Origin: Candidatus Aminicenantales bacterium
GTDB taxonomy: Bacteria > Acidobacteriota > Aminicenantia > Aminicenantales > UBA4085
Assembly (NCBI GenBank): GCA_049515535.1
Contig: JBEKTZ010000007.1
Span: 1 to 64,000 of the forward strand
Reading direction: 5' to 3'
DNA length: 64,000 bases
The notes below the pieces were generated by a model, which saw nothing but the letters and a program-made list of their open reading frames with translations, ran no database searches and was not told where the DNA came from. A program made the translations under genes and the position numbers. Within the stretch, counting starts at the first letter, position 1. Every line of letters begins with the position of its first letter. This document shows, piece by piece, positions 19,338 to 29,054 of the stretch.

Positions 19338-19673
19338 TTTTCGGATATTTTTTAATAATCGTCGGGTCCTGTCAAGCCCATGGGGAGAAGACCGGCTTGG
19401 ACAAGATCTTGAAGCTCTTGTCCGAAAAGATTCATGTTGCCCGGAAGAGAAAATATTCATGTTGCCTTGACAACGCGATTCGGTCCCTTGACATGAGCAC
19501 TTGAGGGCGATATATATTTAATTTTAAAACAAAATAGCGAGCATCAAGAGAGAGAATATTCTGAGAAAACAAAGAGGAAATTCTTATCCATCCATTCGCC
19601 TGAGGACCGCCTATCCGGCAGACGGACAGGGGTCATCCCCGACGAAAAATCGCCCATCGTTGCGAAATCGGTC

Positions 19674-21065
19674 ATGAACGGACAAATTGTCATCGTCGGT
19701 GCCGGCATAGCCGGGATGACACTCGCGGACCGGCTCTCCGAAGCGGGGGTCCGGACGGTGCTTGTCGAGTGCGAAGATCGCGTCGGCGGCTTGGCGCGCA
19801 GCTTTCGGTATCCGAATAACGCGATTTTCGACATCGGCCCTCACCGCTTTCACACGGATGACCCGGCGGTGCAGCGATACATCGAATCCACGTTGGGCGA
19901 CAACGTCATCACGATCGACCGCAACAGCCAGCTTTACTTGTTCCACAAATACTTGCCCTGGCCGATCACGCTGAAGAACGTCTTGGCCCTGCCGCCGCTC
20001 ATGCTCATCAGGGCGGGTTTTGACCTTCTTGTCCCTCGGAAAGCCCGCACGGAGTCGTTCGAAGATTACATCATCGAGAAGTACGGCCGGACGCTTTACC
20101 GCGCCTTCTTCAAGCCGTACACGGAAAAGTTCCTGGATTATACCTGCTCCAACCTGCACCGCGACTGGGCCGAAGCCGGCATCAACCGGGCCACAATCGA
20201 TAAGCAGGTCAAGACCAACTCGCTCGGGGCGCTCATCAGATCGGTGCTGTTCGCCAAGAATCCCAAAACGAAATTCCTTTACCCGAAGACCGGAGGCATC
20301 GGGACGTTCTGCGAGGTCCTGGCCGACAAGGTCAAGGCGGCCGGAGGCCGGATTCTGGTGTCCACCCAGGTTCAAGAATTCGTCTCTGAAAACGACGGCC
20401 GGATCCGCAGCCTCATCACCACGTCCGGCGAGGAGATTCCGACTGATTATGTCTTCTGGTCCGGCGCGCTCGACGCCCTGCGCGCTCTCGGCCGGGCGCC
20501 GGAGAATATCCCGCGCCTGCATTACGTGTCGACCGTGCTCTTCAACTATTTGGTGTCCGGCCGGATCTCCCAAAAATTCCAGTGGTGCTATTTCGGTGAT
20601 GCCGATATGGAGGTGGACCGTATCTCGGTCCCCCGCAATTTCAATCCCGAAATCGTCCCGCCCGGCAAGGAGGGACTCTGCATTGAAGTCACATGCACAG
20701 AGGATTCCAAGACCTGGAACGACCCGCACCGCTTTGACTGCGTGATCGAGTCATTCCTGCTCCATGCCGGCCTTATGAAATCCCTGGATCAGGTGGATGA
20801 TGTCTATGTCGAACACATCCGCCGCACCTATCCTCTCTACGCCCTCAACTACCCCCGCAAGCTCGGGGCGATGTTCAAGTGGGTGAACGAATCCTGGCCC
20901 AACCTCGCTCTGATCGGCCGGACGGGCCGCTTCTGGTACAACAACATGGACCACTCCATCGCCGCCTCGCTTCAAGTGGCCGACCGTTTTCTGGCCGACT
21001 ATCGGCACGGACGCCTGGCCCGAGGTCCTGTCTACGCGGTCGAAGACCGCCGGCTCGGAGGCTAG
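19674..21065 (+). CDS. FAD-dependent oxidoreductase (HemY/UDP-galactopyranose-mutase-like family)
   Basis: IVGAGIAG, VGGLARS, FDIGPHRF, YPKTGG, IGRTGRFWYNNMDHS. Confidence 0.85.
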   Translation: MNGQIVIVGAGIAGMTLADRLSEAGVRTVLVECEDRVGGLARSFRYPNNAIFDIGPHRFHTDDPAVQRYIESTLGDNVITIDRNSQLYLFHKYLPWPITLKNVLALPPLMLIRAGFDLLVPRKARTESFEDYIIEKYGRTLYRAFFKPYTEKFLDYTCSNLHRDWAEAGINRATIDKQVKTNSLGALIRSVLFAKNPKTKFLYPKTGGIGTFCEVLADKVKAAGGRILVSTQVQEFVSENDGRIRSLITTSGEEIPTDYVFWSGALDALRALGRAPENIPRLHYVSTVLFNYLVSGRISQKFQWCYFGDADMEVDRISVPRNFNPEIVPPGKEGLCIEVTCTEDSKTWNDPHRFDCVIESFLLHAGLMKSLDQVDDVYVEHIRRTYPLYALNYPRKLGAMFKWVNESWPNLALIGRTGRFWYNNMDHSIAASLQVADRFLADYRHGRLARGPVYAVEDRRLGG

Positions 21066-21069
21066 GCGC

Positions 21070-21828
21070 TTGGGCAGCAATCTCCACTACGAACAGGTCG
21101 TCCAAAAGCGCGGCCGCACCCGGTTTGCGAGCTGCGGCTACCAGGACCGTTTTGACCCGTTCCTTCTCAACAAGAATCCCCGCCTCCATCGTTTTTACCG
21201 CGGGCTTTTCGAGAGCGTTCTGGCCGGCCTCCCTTCCGGACGATTGTTGGATGTGGGCGCGGGGACGGGGATTTATTTCGACGCGCTGGCACCCTTTGCC
21301 CGGGAGATCGAAGCCCTCGACAATTCGGAGGATATGGTCCGCGTCGCCGACCGGTACTGCCGGGCGAACGGCCTGACCCATATCCACCCGAGCCTCGGCT
21401 CGGCCGATCACTTGCCGTTCGGAAACGGCGAGTTCGACGTCGTCATCTGCCTCGACACCCTGCATCACGTTTCGGATCTCGGCCAAGCGCTGTCGGAAGT
21501 GGACAGGGTGCTTAAGGAGGGAGGCCATTTCTTCGTTTTCGAGCCAAACATCAATAACCCCCTGACCTTCCTGGCCCACGCTATCCCCCGCGAAGAGCGA
21601 AGCGCGCTCGGCCGCAACCGGCCGGCCGTGCTCCGGCGGAATCTGGAAACCCGTTTCGACACGGTCTTCTGGAGAGGGGTATCGGCCATGGTGACGCAGT
21701 GCCGCGGCATCAAGGGTTTCGCCTTTGACGCCTACCTCAAAGCCTGGGAGCTCACCCGGCTGGAGAAGCTCTACACTCGCCAGGCCTGGCTCGGCCGCAA
21801 ACGAATCGAGCGATGCACATCACGCTGA
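21070..21828 (+). CDS. Class I SAM methyltransferase
   Basis: LLDVGAGTG, LPF...FDVV, LHHV, RVLKEGG; TTG start after GGAGG. Confidence 0.88.
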   Translation: MGSNLHYEQVVQKRGRTRFASCGYQDRFDPFLLNKNPRLHRFYRGLFESVLAGLPSGRLLDVGAGTGIYFDALAPFAREIEALDNSEDMVRVADRYCRANGLTHIHPSLGSADHLPFGNGEFDVVICLDTLHHVSDLGQALSEVDRVLKEGGHFFVFEPNINNPLTFLAHAIPREERSALGRNRPAVLRRNLETRFDTVFWRGVSAMVTQCRGIKGFAFDAYLKAWELTRLEKLYTRQAWLGRKRIERCTSR

Positions 21829-23318
21829 TCAATCCGAACATCGTCTCTCAGAAAGACGATTTCTCGGGGAGCGGCATCCCGTATCTTCCGATCGGGCTGG
21901 CCGCCCTCGCTGCATACCTCCGCGAACAGGGGCACGTCGTTCATGTGATAGACGCTTTCGGGCTCGCCCCGGACCGGATCCGCAGCACGCGGACTCATGT
22001 CATCCAAGGGATCGCGGCGGACGAGGCCGTCGCCCGAATCCCGGCCGAAACCGAGGTCATCGGCTTTTTCGCCCATCTCACGGTCACTCACCGCGCCCTG
22101 CTCGACATCATCCGGTCCGCCAAAGCGCGTTTTCCGGCCCTGCCGCTCGTCGTCCTCGAGAACGTCAACATCGTCAATTCCTATTCGCTCCGGCAAGTCC
22201 ATCCGGACTTCTTCGCCTTGGGCGTTGACCATGTCGTCCTCGGCTATCTCGAGCGACGGACCGGGCGGCTTCTCGACGCCATCCGGGCGGGTAACGCCGC
22301 GCCCGAACTCGACGGCGTCATTTCCCGGGCGCGAGGCGATCAGTTCAGCCCGCCGGATGATGCCGGTCAAAATGCCGACCTCGACAGCCTCCCTTTCCCG
22401 GCCTGGGATCTGTTCCCGCTCGAGAACTACTGGGCGCTCGGCTACGCCCACGCGCCCCTCACCACACGCCGCTACGTCGCGCTCCTGACTTCGCGCGGCT
22501 GTCCATTTAATTGCGGCTTCTGCATCGCGCCGGAGGTCAGCGGCCGGCGCTGGCACGCCCGGTCCGCGGAAAATGTCGCCGACGAAATCCAGGCCATGAT
22601 GCACCGTTTCGGGGTCAAGGAATTCCATATCGAGGACGTGAATCCGACTTTGGACCGCGGGCGAATGTTCCGCCTGAGCAAAATCCTGATGGAGCGCAAA
22701 CTCGACGTCATCTGGAAGCTCGCCCAGGGCACCAAGCTCGAATCGCTCGACGAAGAGACCATCGCCGCGATGGCGAATGCCGGGTGCCGTTATGTCTCGT
22801 TTTCCCCGGAATCCGGCTCGCCGCGCGTCCTTGGCCTGATGGGCAAGCCCGTGGACTTGACTCACGCCCTCCAGGTGGCCCGCTGGCTGAAACGGCAGGC
22901 GATGTACTCGCAGACGTGCTTCGTCGTCGGTTACCCCGGCGAGACGGCGGCTGACCGAAAGCTGACCGCGCGGCTCGTCAGGCGGCTGGCGCGAATCGGC
23001 GTGGACGAGGTGGCCTTATTCATCATCACCCCGATGCCCGGCTCGCGCATCTTCCGTCCCATGGGAGGCGCGGAACGGTCCTTCGAGGATCTGACATTCA
23101 CTCCCAAATGGCGCCGGGACTACCGGCGTCTGGCGGCTTATCGCAAAGCGGTTTATCTCGAATATTTCCTGCTGAAGCTCCTTTTCCATCCCTGGCGGAC
23201 GCTGGGCTATGCCTGGGCCTTGGTGACCGGACGCTTCGAAACAAAGGTCGAAATGACTATATATCGGAAGCTGAAGGTTCTGGGGCTGATCGGAAGAGGA
23301 AGACGGAACCCGGCCTGA
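21813..23318 (+). CDS. B12-binding domain radical SAM protein
   Basis: LPIGLAALAAYL, LDSLPFPAWDL, TSRGCPFNCGFC, SPESGS. Confidence 0.9.
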   Translation: MHITLINPNIVSQKDDFSGSGIPYLPIGLAALAAYLREQGHVVHVIDAFGLAPDRIRSTRTHVIQGIAADEAVARIPAETEVIGFFAHLTVTHRALLDIIRSAKARFPALPLVVLENVNIVNSYSLRQVHPDFFALGVDHVVLGYLERRTGRLLDAIRAGNAAPELDGVISRARGDQFSPPDDAGQNADLDSLPFPAWDLFPLENYWALGYAHAPLTTRRYVALLTSRGCPFNCGFCIAPEVSGRRWHARSAENVADEIQAMMHRFGVKEFHIEDVNPTLDRGRMFRLSKILMERKLDVIWKLAQGTKLESLDEETIAAMANAGCRYVSFSPESGSPRVLGLMGKPVDLTHALQVARWLKRQAMYSQTCFVVGYPGETAADRKLTARLVRRLARIGVDEVALFIITPMPGSRIFRPMGGAERSFEDLTFTPKWRRDYRRLAAYRKAVYLEYFLLKLLFHPWRTLGYAWALVTGRFETKVEMTIYRKLKVLGLIGRGRRNPA

Positions 23319-23377
23319 CCCGCCGGCGGCGGCGAATCGTCTGCTTCTGATGCCTGTGCGGGGGACCTGGATTCGTT

Positions 23378-24961
23378 TCAGGAAAGGCGCTTTTTTTTGA
23401 GGCCAAGCCGTCGGTAAATCTGAATCTCGGGATTGACGGCGTCCATGTTTGTCCCAATGTTGGAGTACTTGATCACAAGCCAGGGCAGCTCGGTTTTATA
23501 CCGGATCACCAATTCATATTTTTCGCCGGCCGTGGAAAATCTAGAAAAAAACAGATTCTCCGGGGAGTTTTTCGCAAAGGACTGGCCATAGGCCGTGGGG
23601 AAAATCACGAAATCGGGCCTCTGAGCTTTTTGAAAAGCTTCCAGCGAAAGCGGAAGATACGACCGAGGGAAATCATTCAGGCGGGGGTTATATTCGACCG
23701 GGCCCGCGATTCCAATCGCGGCTTCCGGGGAAATGTTCTTATTCATCCAGCGTTCGATGGAATATCGTGAATCCGCGATCATGAGGATATCCACGGATAA
23801 TGAATAAAAAAAGCTATAACAGAAAATGATCGTTACGATAGCGCATGTGGCTTTGAAGAACTTTGGGCCGGGCTTTAATCGGCTGGAGATCATCTGCCCG
23901 CCAAAGAAAGACAAAACGATGCAGATCGGCATATTGTAACGGTCGCAATTAAAAAGAATCATCCCGATGTAAAACGCATAATAGGACACGGCAAAGAGGG
24001 GAAGAGTCAGGAGGAGAGCGTTCTTTTTTTTCTGAAACAGCGAGAGAACCAGTCCCGCCCCGCAGACGAGAAAGAGCGGCCAGCCCAGCGATCCCTGGAT
24101 TTGGCGGATGGTCAGTCCGAGCAGCTGGATCTCGCCCGAGAACGTGCGGGGAAAGATCCTGAAACTCTCGCTCGCGCTCCCCGTGATTAGGGCTAAATGG
24201 CGAAGGAAGCCCTGAAGATTGAACGCCAAGTTATGGACGATCGCGAAGAGACCCGTCGCCGCGAGCAGAAAATAGAGATATTTTTTATCGAAGAGGGAAC
24301 GGATCAGCGATAAGTCCGGGTTCGACTGCTTCTCATGTTTCCAATGAAAGAGGATCAAAGGGATCGGGGTCAGGACATAAAGCCCGAAGGCCTGGTCCTT
24401 TGTGCAGACGGCGATGACGGCCGTCGCGGCGAAGAGCAGATAATATTTCAAGCGCTGGGTTTTCAAGATCCGGATAAAAAAATAGATCGACCAGACAAAC
24501 CAGAAAATATAAGGAACATCCAGATTGACCATTTTGGAATAATATTCGAACGGAACGATCAGCGCGGTGATCAAGGCCGCGCAAACGGAAGCGCGCCGAT
24601 CGAAAATCTCAAGCCCGCATTTGTAAACCAGATAGACGACGGCCGTTCCCATGACGACGCTGAGGAATCGCCCGAGATAGAAGAGGATCATGTAAGAAGA
24701 CAGCTGGCGAAGATCGAGAATATGGAGCTTATGGAGGAGCAAAAAGGGGGCATAGACCAAGCTTAGCAAATAGAAATGGAACGGCGGGTATCGTTCATGC
24801 CAGCCGTTCGAAAAGAATTGGCGCAACCCGTCCACGACGCGCGCCGGAACGATTTCGTCAGGAGCCCAGCCTCGGTAATCCGGAAGCCCCCACCAGATGC
24901 CGACGGCGAAAAGGACGAAGCTCAACGCCAGAAGGAGATGAAGCGCGGATATCTTTTTCAC
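23378..24961 (-). CDS. GT-C (ArnT/GT39-like) membrane glycosyltransferase
   Basis: WGLP...WAPDE, YPP, GRFLSVVMG, NLDVP, CTKDQ; many TM segments; GTG start. Confidence 0.85.
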   Translation of the reverse strand: MKKISALHLLLALSFVLFAVGIWWGLPDYRGWAPDEIVPARVVDGLRQFFSNGWHERYPPFHFYLLSLVYAPFLLLHKLHILDLRQLSSYMILFYLGRFLSVVMGTAVVYLVYKCGLEIFDRRASVCAALITALIVPFEYYSKMVNLDVPYIFWFVWSIYFFIRILKTQRLKYYLLFAATAVIAVCTKDQAFGLYVLTPIPLILFHWKHEKQSNPDLSLIRSLFDKKYLYFLLAATGLFAIVHNLAFNLQGFLRHLALITGSASESFRIFPRTFSGEIQLLGLTIRQIQGSLGWPLFLVCGAGLVLSLFQKKKNALLLTLPLFAVSYYAFYIGMILFNCDRYNMPICIVLSFFGGQMISSRLKPGPKFFKATCAIVTIIFCYSFFYSLSVDILMIADSRYSIERWMNKNISPEAAIGIAGPVEYNPRLNDFPRSYLPLSLEAFQKAQRPDFVIFPTAYGQSFAKNSPENLFFSRFSTAGEKYELVIRYKTELPWLVIKYSNIGTNMDAVNPEIQIYRRLGLKKKRLS

Positions 24962-25019
24962 TTTTCGGATATTTTTTTATAATCGTCGGGTTCAGTCATG
25001 TTCTCGCTGAGTCGGTCGC

Positions 25020-25517
25020 TTATTTATTATCGATGATGAGGACTTCCGCCTTGGACAGGCGCCGGGTGCGTCGCTGTTGGCCGATTAAATTCAGCAGTTC
25101 GTTCAAGATGGCTATTTCGTGCTTATCTTTCTGCAACTCCGGATTATTGCATAGATCACGCAAGGCGACTTCCAACGCTTCAATCGGCGTGCCGGAGGGA
25201 ATCGTCAACAAATAACGGGCCCGTGTGATTTCGATCATTCTCAGCCAGGGTATTCGTTTTAAGGCTTTGCTTGGGCCGACGACAATCAGGCACTTACCGG
25301 GAGCCATTTCGACAAGTTCCACCGGCTTGAATCGTCCCTTGCCGGTCCCCATGACAGCCTCCGTGACCTTGACCACGGCACAAGCCCGATCCGGATCAAT
25401 TTCGACAAGCTGATCCAGGATGCGCTCCGGCAAGGTCATGGTCACCGGATGACGGGGCTCACGAAACTTCGGCGGCCGCCCCCCGCAGTTCACTTTTGCT
25501 CTTGATGACATGCTCAT
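25020..25517 (-). CDS. Hypothetical protein with a possible N-terminal ribbon-helix-helix DNA-binding segment
   Basis: GRPPKF followed by PVTMTLPERILDQL (strand-helix pattern); divergent from an AT-rich promoter region. Confidence 0.55.
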   Translation of the reverse strand: MSMSSRAKVNCGGRPPKFREPRHPVTMTLPERILDQLVEIDPDRACAVVKVTEAVMGTGKGRFKPVELVEMAPGKCLIVVGPSKALKRIPWLRMIEITRARYLLTIPSGTPIEALEVALRDLCNNPELQKDKHEIAILNELLNLIGQQRRTRRLSKAEVLIIDNK

Positions 25518-25591
25518 ATGATATAAAAAAAAATGATTAATTTCAACATTAAAAATAAAGCGTCACTGATAAAAAAACTTAGAAATTCTTC

Positions 25592-25672
25592 TTGCAATTA
25601 AGAATTATTATGTTATAACATATTTTAATAATAGGTTTCTATGTTAATACTAGGCGAATCATTTAAGCCTCG
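25592..25672 (+). promoter_or_regulatory. Promoter TTGCAA-N16-TATAAC (extended -10) overlapped by palindrome TATGTTATAACATA; homologous copy at 28910..28990
   Basis: The two copies align ungapped over 81 nt with the -35, -10 and palindrome core conserved. Confidence 0.7.
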
Positions 25673-27755
25673 AAGGAGGACGGCCGGCACGATAGTCACA
25701 AGCCTCGCTATCGTTATCGCTCTTGGCCTCGTCTTCTTCGGCTATACCAGCCTGCGCGCCTGGCGCGTCGCTTTGACGATCGACGAAGCCCATACCTATT
25801 ACGACTACATTCAGAAAGGGATTTTCAACGTCTTCAACATCGATGCGGCCAACAACCACATCCTCAACTCCCTTTTCACTTGGTGCGTCACCCGGATCGC
25901 CGGAACGAGCGAATTCGCGCTCCGTCTCCCCAATCTCTTCGGCCACATCCTTTTTCTCATCTTCTCCTTCCGGCTTCTCAAGCGCTACGTGCCCGATATC
26001 GTCGCGGTGAGCGGATTCGTCATCCTCAATGCGAATCCCTATATCCTCGAATTTTTTTCGCTGTGCCGGGGCTATGGACTCTCGCTCGGACTCCTCATGC
26101 TGGCCCTCTATTATTTTCTTCGCTTCATGGATGAGACGCGCGGGGGTTCTCTCCGCGCCGGCCGTTCCTTATCCGCCGCGCTGCTGTTCGCCGGCGCCGC
26201 GGTCCTGGCCAACCTGACGCTGTTGATCGTCTTTCTCGGAATCGTGTTTCTCGCATTCCTGACCTTCGCCCTGAACAACGCCCGAACGCCCCGCGGGGAC
26301 AGCGACTGGAAAGGCGCGGCGCGCCGGGACCGTCTGAATCCCGCCGTCGCCATCGGGCTGAGCGCGCTCATCCTCTTGATCAACGGCCGCAACCTTTTAA
26401 GATACACTTATTCCTCCGAACGTCTGTTCGCGGATGTCGCCGTCGCGATCCCGGACTTGACCGACCAGGACCGCGAATCCGTCCTCGTCATCCGGGAAGG
26501 ACTCGACGGGCAGGCTCTCGGGATCCCTCTTGCCGGAGCGGAATGGCGCTTCGATCGGCCCCTCTACTTCACCGGACTCCGAATCAAAATTCCGGCGGCG
26601 GCCTGGACGAAGACCACCGCGCTGAGTATTCGAATCGGTCCGCAAACGTTCGTTTTCAACGGATCGGCGCTCAAAGCGCTGGCATCCGGCCCGGCTCAAG
26701 ATCCGGTCACGCTTCCTATTCCGGAAAACATTTCTCTTCCGCGTTCACGATTTTCGGTCTTGCGGAACGTCATCAACTGGAACGGAGACAAATCGTTCTT
26801 CTTTCAGCTCGGAGTTGAAACCTTGGTCGTCGGCGGATTATGGGCGCTCCTTTGGATAGGTCTCTGGGGAATCGGCCGTTTCGGGTTTCGCTTTCATTTT
26901 GTCACGCCGCGGCAATACCGGCCGCTCGCCGTCGCCGTCTGGATCTTGGCCGCTCTCGTCGCCCTGCCGATATACCTCCTGGAAAGAAGCGGTGAGCTCT
27001 ATTGGGGTGGGAAGGCCGGCTTCCTCCGCGATACTTGGCTCGGACTGGTTAAAGCCTATTTTCACGGAAAAACCTACTTGTCAGGTGAAAAAATGATCGT
27101 TTTCTGGGCCGCCGCCGGCCTGAGCGTCCTTTTTCTCGTCTTGACCCTGACCCGCCGCCGCGAACGATGGTCCGCCTCGGCCTCGCCGGCGCTTGCTCTC
27201 CTCGCCCTGATCCTGTTCTCGACGGGCTTCTGCCTGGAGGAACACGCCGTTCTGGGATTGCCCTATCTCTTGGGAAGAACGGCCATTTTCTTTGCGCCCC
27301 TTGCGGGCTTATTCTTAATTCTCGCCCTGGCCTCCGTCCGAACGACCCCCCGCCTTCGGATCCTCGCGACCATGGCCCTCATGGCCGTCGCCCTGGGCGC
27401 GGCGGCCCATTTTTCTCTCGCCGCAAACACGTCATTCGTCTGGGAATGGAAGTCGGATGCCGACAATAAAACGCTGGTGGAGGATTTGCGATCGCTCCAG
27501 GATAAAATTCCGGGTTCCGGAGCGAGTGTCGGTCTGGGAATCCGATGGGAATCTTATCCCGGCCTTCGCTATTATGTCGAACGGAATAGCCTCCGTTGGC
27601 TGACTCTGCGCGTCGGGCCGCCTGCCGAAGGATGCGATCTTTATTACATCAGCGATATGTTCGACGAAAACCGGATGGTTCTTTGGAAACGATATCCGCT
27701 CTCGGCCCATATCCTTGTCACTCCAAAAAATAGTCCCGGAAGCGGAGATTTTTAG
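25641..27755 (+). CDS. GT-C-like membrane glycosyltransferase with inserted soluble domain (paralog of 31114..33195)
   Basis: IDEAHTY, ANNHILNS, LRLPNL, NPYILEFFSLCRGYGLSLG. Confidence 0.75.
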   Translation: MLILGESFKPRRRTAGTIVTSLAIVIALGLVFFGYTSLRAWRVALTIDEAHTYYDYIQKGIFNVFNIDAANNHILNSLFTWCVTRIAGTSEFALRLPNLFGHILFLIFSFRLLKRYVPDIVAVSGFVILNANPYILEFFSLCRGYGLSLGLLMLALYYFLRFMDETRGGSLRAGRSLSAALLFAGAAVLANLTLLIVFLGIVFLAFLTFALNNARTPRGDSDWKGAARRDRLNPAVAIGLSALILLINGRNLLRYTYSSERLFADVAVAIPDLTDQDRESVLVIREGLDGQALGIPLAGAEWRFDRPLYFTGLRIKIPAAAWTKTTALSIRIGPQTFVFNGSALKALASGPAQDPVTLPIPENISLPRSRFSVLRNVINWNGDKSFFFQLGVETLVVGGLWALLWIGLWGIGRFGFRFHFVTPRQYRPLAVAVWILAALVALPIYLLERSGELYWGGKAGFLRDTWLGLVKAYFHGKTYLSGEKMIVFWAAAGLSVLFLVLTLTRRRERWSASASPALALLALILFSTGFCLEEHAVLGLPYLLGRTAIFFAPLAGLFLILALASVRTTPRLRILATMALMAVALGAAAHFSLAANTSFVWEWKSDADNKTLVEDLRSLQDKIPGSGASVGLGIRWESYPGLRYYVERNSLRWLTLRVGPPAEGCDLYYISDMFDENRMVLWKRYPLSAHILVTPKNSPGSGDF

Positions 27756-27767
27756 TCCGCGGATCGT

Positions 27768-27796
27768 TTGACAGGGCGAAAAATCCGCAATAATAT
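27768..27796 (+). promoter_or_regulatory. Sigma70 promoter TTGACA-N17-TAATAT
   Basis: Perfect -35 and 17-nt spacer, followed by AAAGGAG RBS. Confidence 0.7.
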
Positions 27797-27828
27797 TAAG
27801 ATTTTTCGATAGAGAAAGGAGTCATATT

Positions 27829-28905
27829 ATGCTGAAAAGAACGATCGTATCGATGGGCGTAGTTATTCTGGTTCTCGCCGCTTTCGCGATAAGCTCTTGG
27901 GGAGCCGAAGGGAAGCCTGGCCAGAGTCCGACAACCGTCAAGAGCATCGGTTATCTGAAGGTCGATAAAGGCCTGAACGTCACCGTCCGGGTCGACGGCG
28001 AATTCGTGAGCCAGGCCATGGTTTTGAGCGGCCCGAATCGCCTGGTCATCGATATCGCCCCCGCCCAGAAGATCGAGGCCCAGCCGTACTACGAGGTCAA
28101 CGTTTCCGGCCTGGCGAGCATCCGCACGGGCCAGTTCCAGCCCTCGATTGCGCGCGTGATCTTCGATTTTTCCGGCCCGATTCCGGCCTATGAGATCCAA
28201 AAGACCGAGACCGGCTTCACCGTCAAGTTCAGCCTAGAGGAAAAGCCCGTCGCGCCTCCGGTCGTAACCAGGCTCGTTCCGGTCGTGAAAGAGGCCAAGG
28301 AAGAAGCCAAGACGGAAGTGATCGAAAACGAAGCGAAGGAATATCCGGGCTTCTATAACACATCCATCGGGATCATGCTCGGCACCTACCAGAGCCCGTC
28401 CCAGGATTTCAGGGCCATCTACGGCCAAACCACGGACATGCAGTTCGGGCTGAACCTGACCCGGACGCTCGTCTATTACAACGGCCTGCAACTGGATGTT
28501 TCCCTCGAAGCCCGGAAATATTCGAAGTCCGGCTTTGCCCTGCTCGACGGCGCGAAAACGGACATCAAGACGGATTTTTCGATGACGCCGATCTCGCTGT
28601 CCGGCCGGCTGCTGTACCAGACGGAATACGTCATCCCGTTCATCGGCTTCGGGACGGATTGGTACAGCTTCGATGAAAAGAGCGACCTCCACAGCACGAC
28701 GGGCTCGACCTCCGGATATCATTTTCAAGCGGGCGCTTATATCGTCTTCCCCTGGCTCGATCAGCTCCGGATCAAGCTCTACTACAAGTTCACCAAGGCG
28801 ACGGCCTCGGCCAACGGATTCGACATCGGCCTGGGCGGAAACGAATACGGGGTGGGCTTGAGCTTCGCCTTCGATCTCTTCAAAAAAGGCGTGCTCTTCT
28901 TCTGA
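27829..28905 (+). CDS. AMIN-domain + outer-membrane beta-barrel protein (copy 2)
   Basis: Mature sequence differs from copy 1 by 5 substitutions and a 4-aa deletion; barrel identical; signal-peptide N-region differs. Confidence 0.8.
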   Translation: MLKRTIVSMGVVILVLAAFAISSWGAEGKPGQSPTTVKSIGYLKVDKGLNVTVRVDGEFVSQAMVLSGPNRLVIDIAPAQKIEAQPYYEVNVSGLASIRTGQFQPSIARVIFDFSGPIPAYEIQKTETGFTVKFSLEEKPVAPPVVTRLVPVVKEAKEEAKTEVIENEAKEYPGFYNTSIGIMLGTYQSPSQDFRAIYGQTTDMQFGLNLTRTLVYYNGLQLDVSLEARKYSKSGFALLDGAKTDIKTDFSMTPISLSGRLLYQTEYVIPFIGFGTDWYSFDEKSDLHSTTGSTSGYHFQAGAYIVFPWLDQLRIKLYYKFTKATASANGFDIGLGGNEYGVGLSFAFDLFKKGVLFF

Positions 28906-28910
28906 CCGTT
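27869..28910 (+). repeat. About 1.04-kb inverted repeat, copy 2
   Basis: Reverse complement of 16014..17067. Confidence 0.95.
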
Positions 28911-28990
28911 TGCATTTAGTTATTAATGTGTTATAACATATTACTTTTATATGTTTCTATGTTAAAACTCAATGGACCATTCGAGCCTCG
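28910..28990 (+). promoter_or_regulatory. Second copy of the promoter/palindrome element (TTGCAT-N16-TATAAC; TGTTATAACA)
   Basis: Aligns ungapped with 25592..25672. Confidence 0.7.
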
Positions 28991-29054
28991 CATAAAAATC
29001 TGTCATGGGATTGACATGTGATGATAGAGATAGGATAGAGAAAGGAGTCATGTC

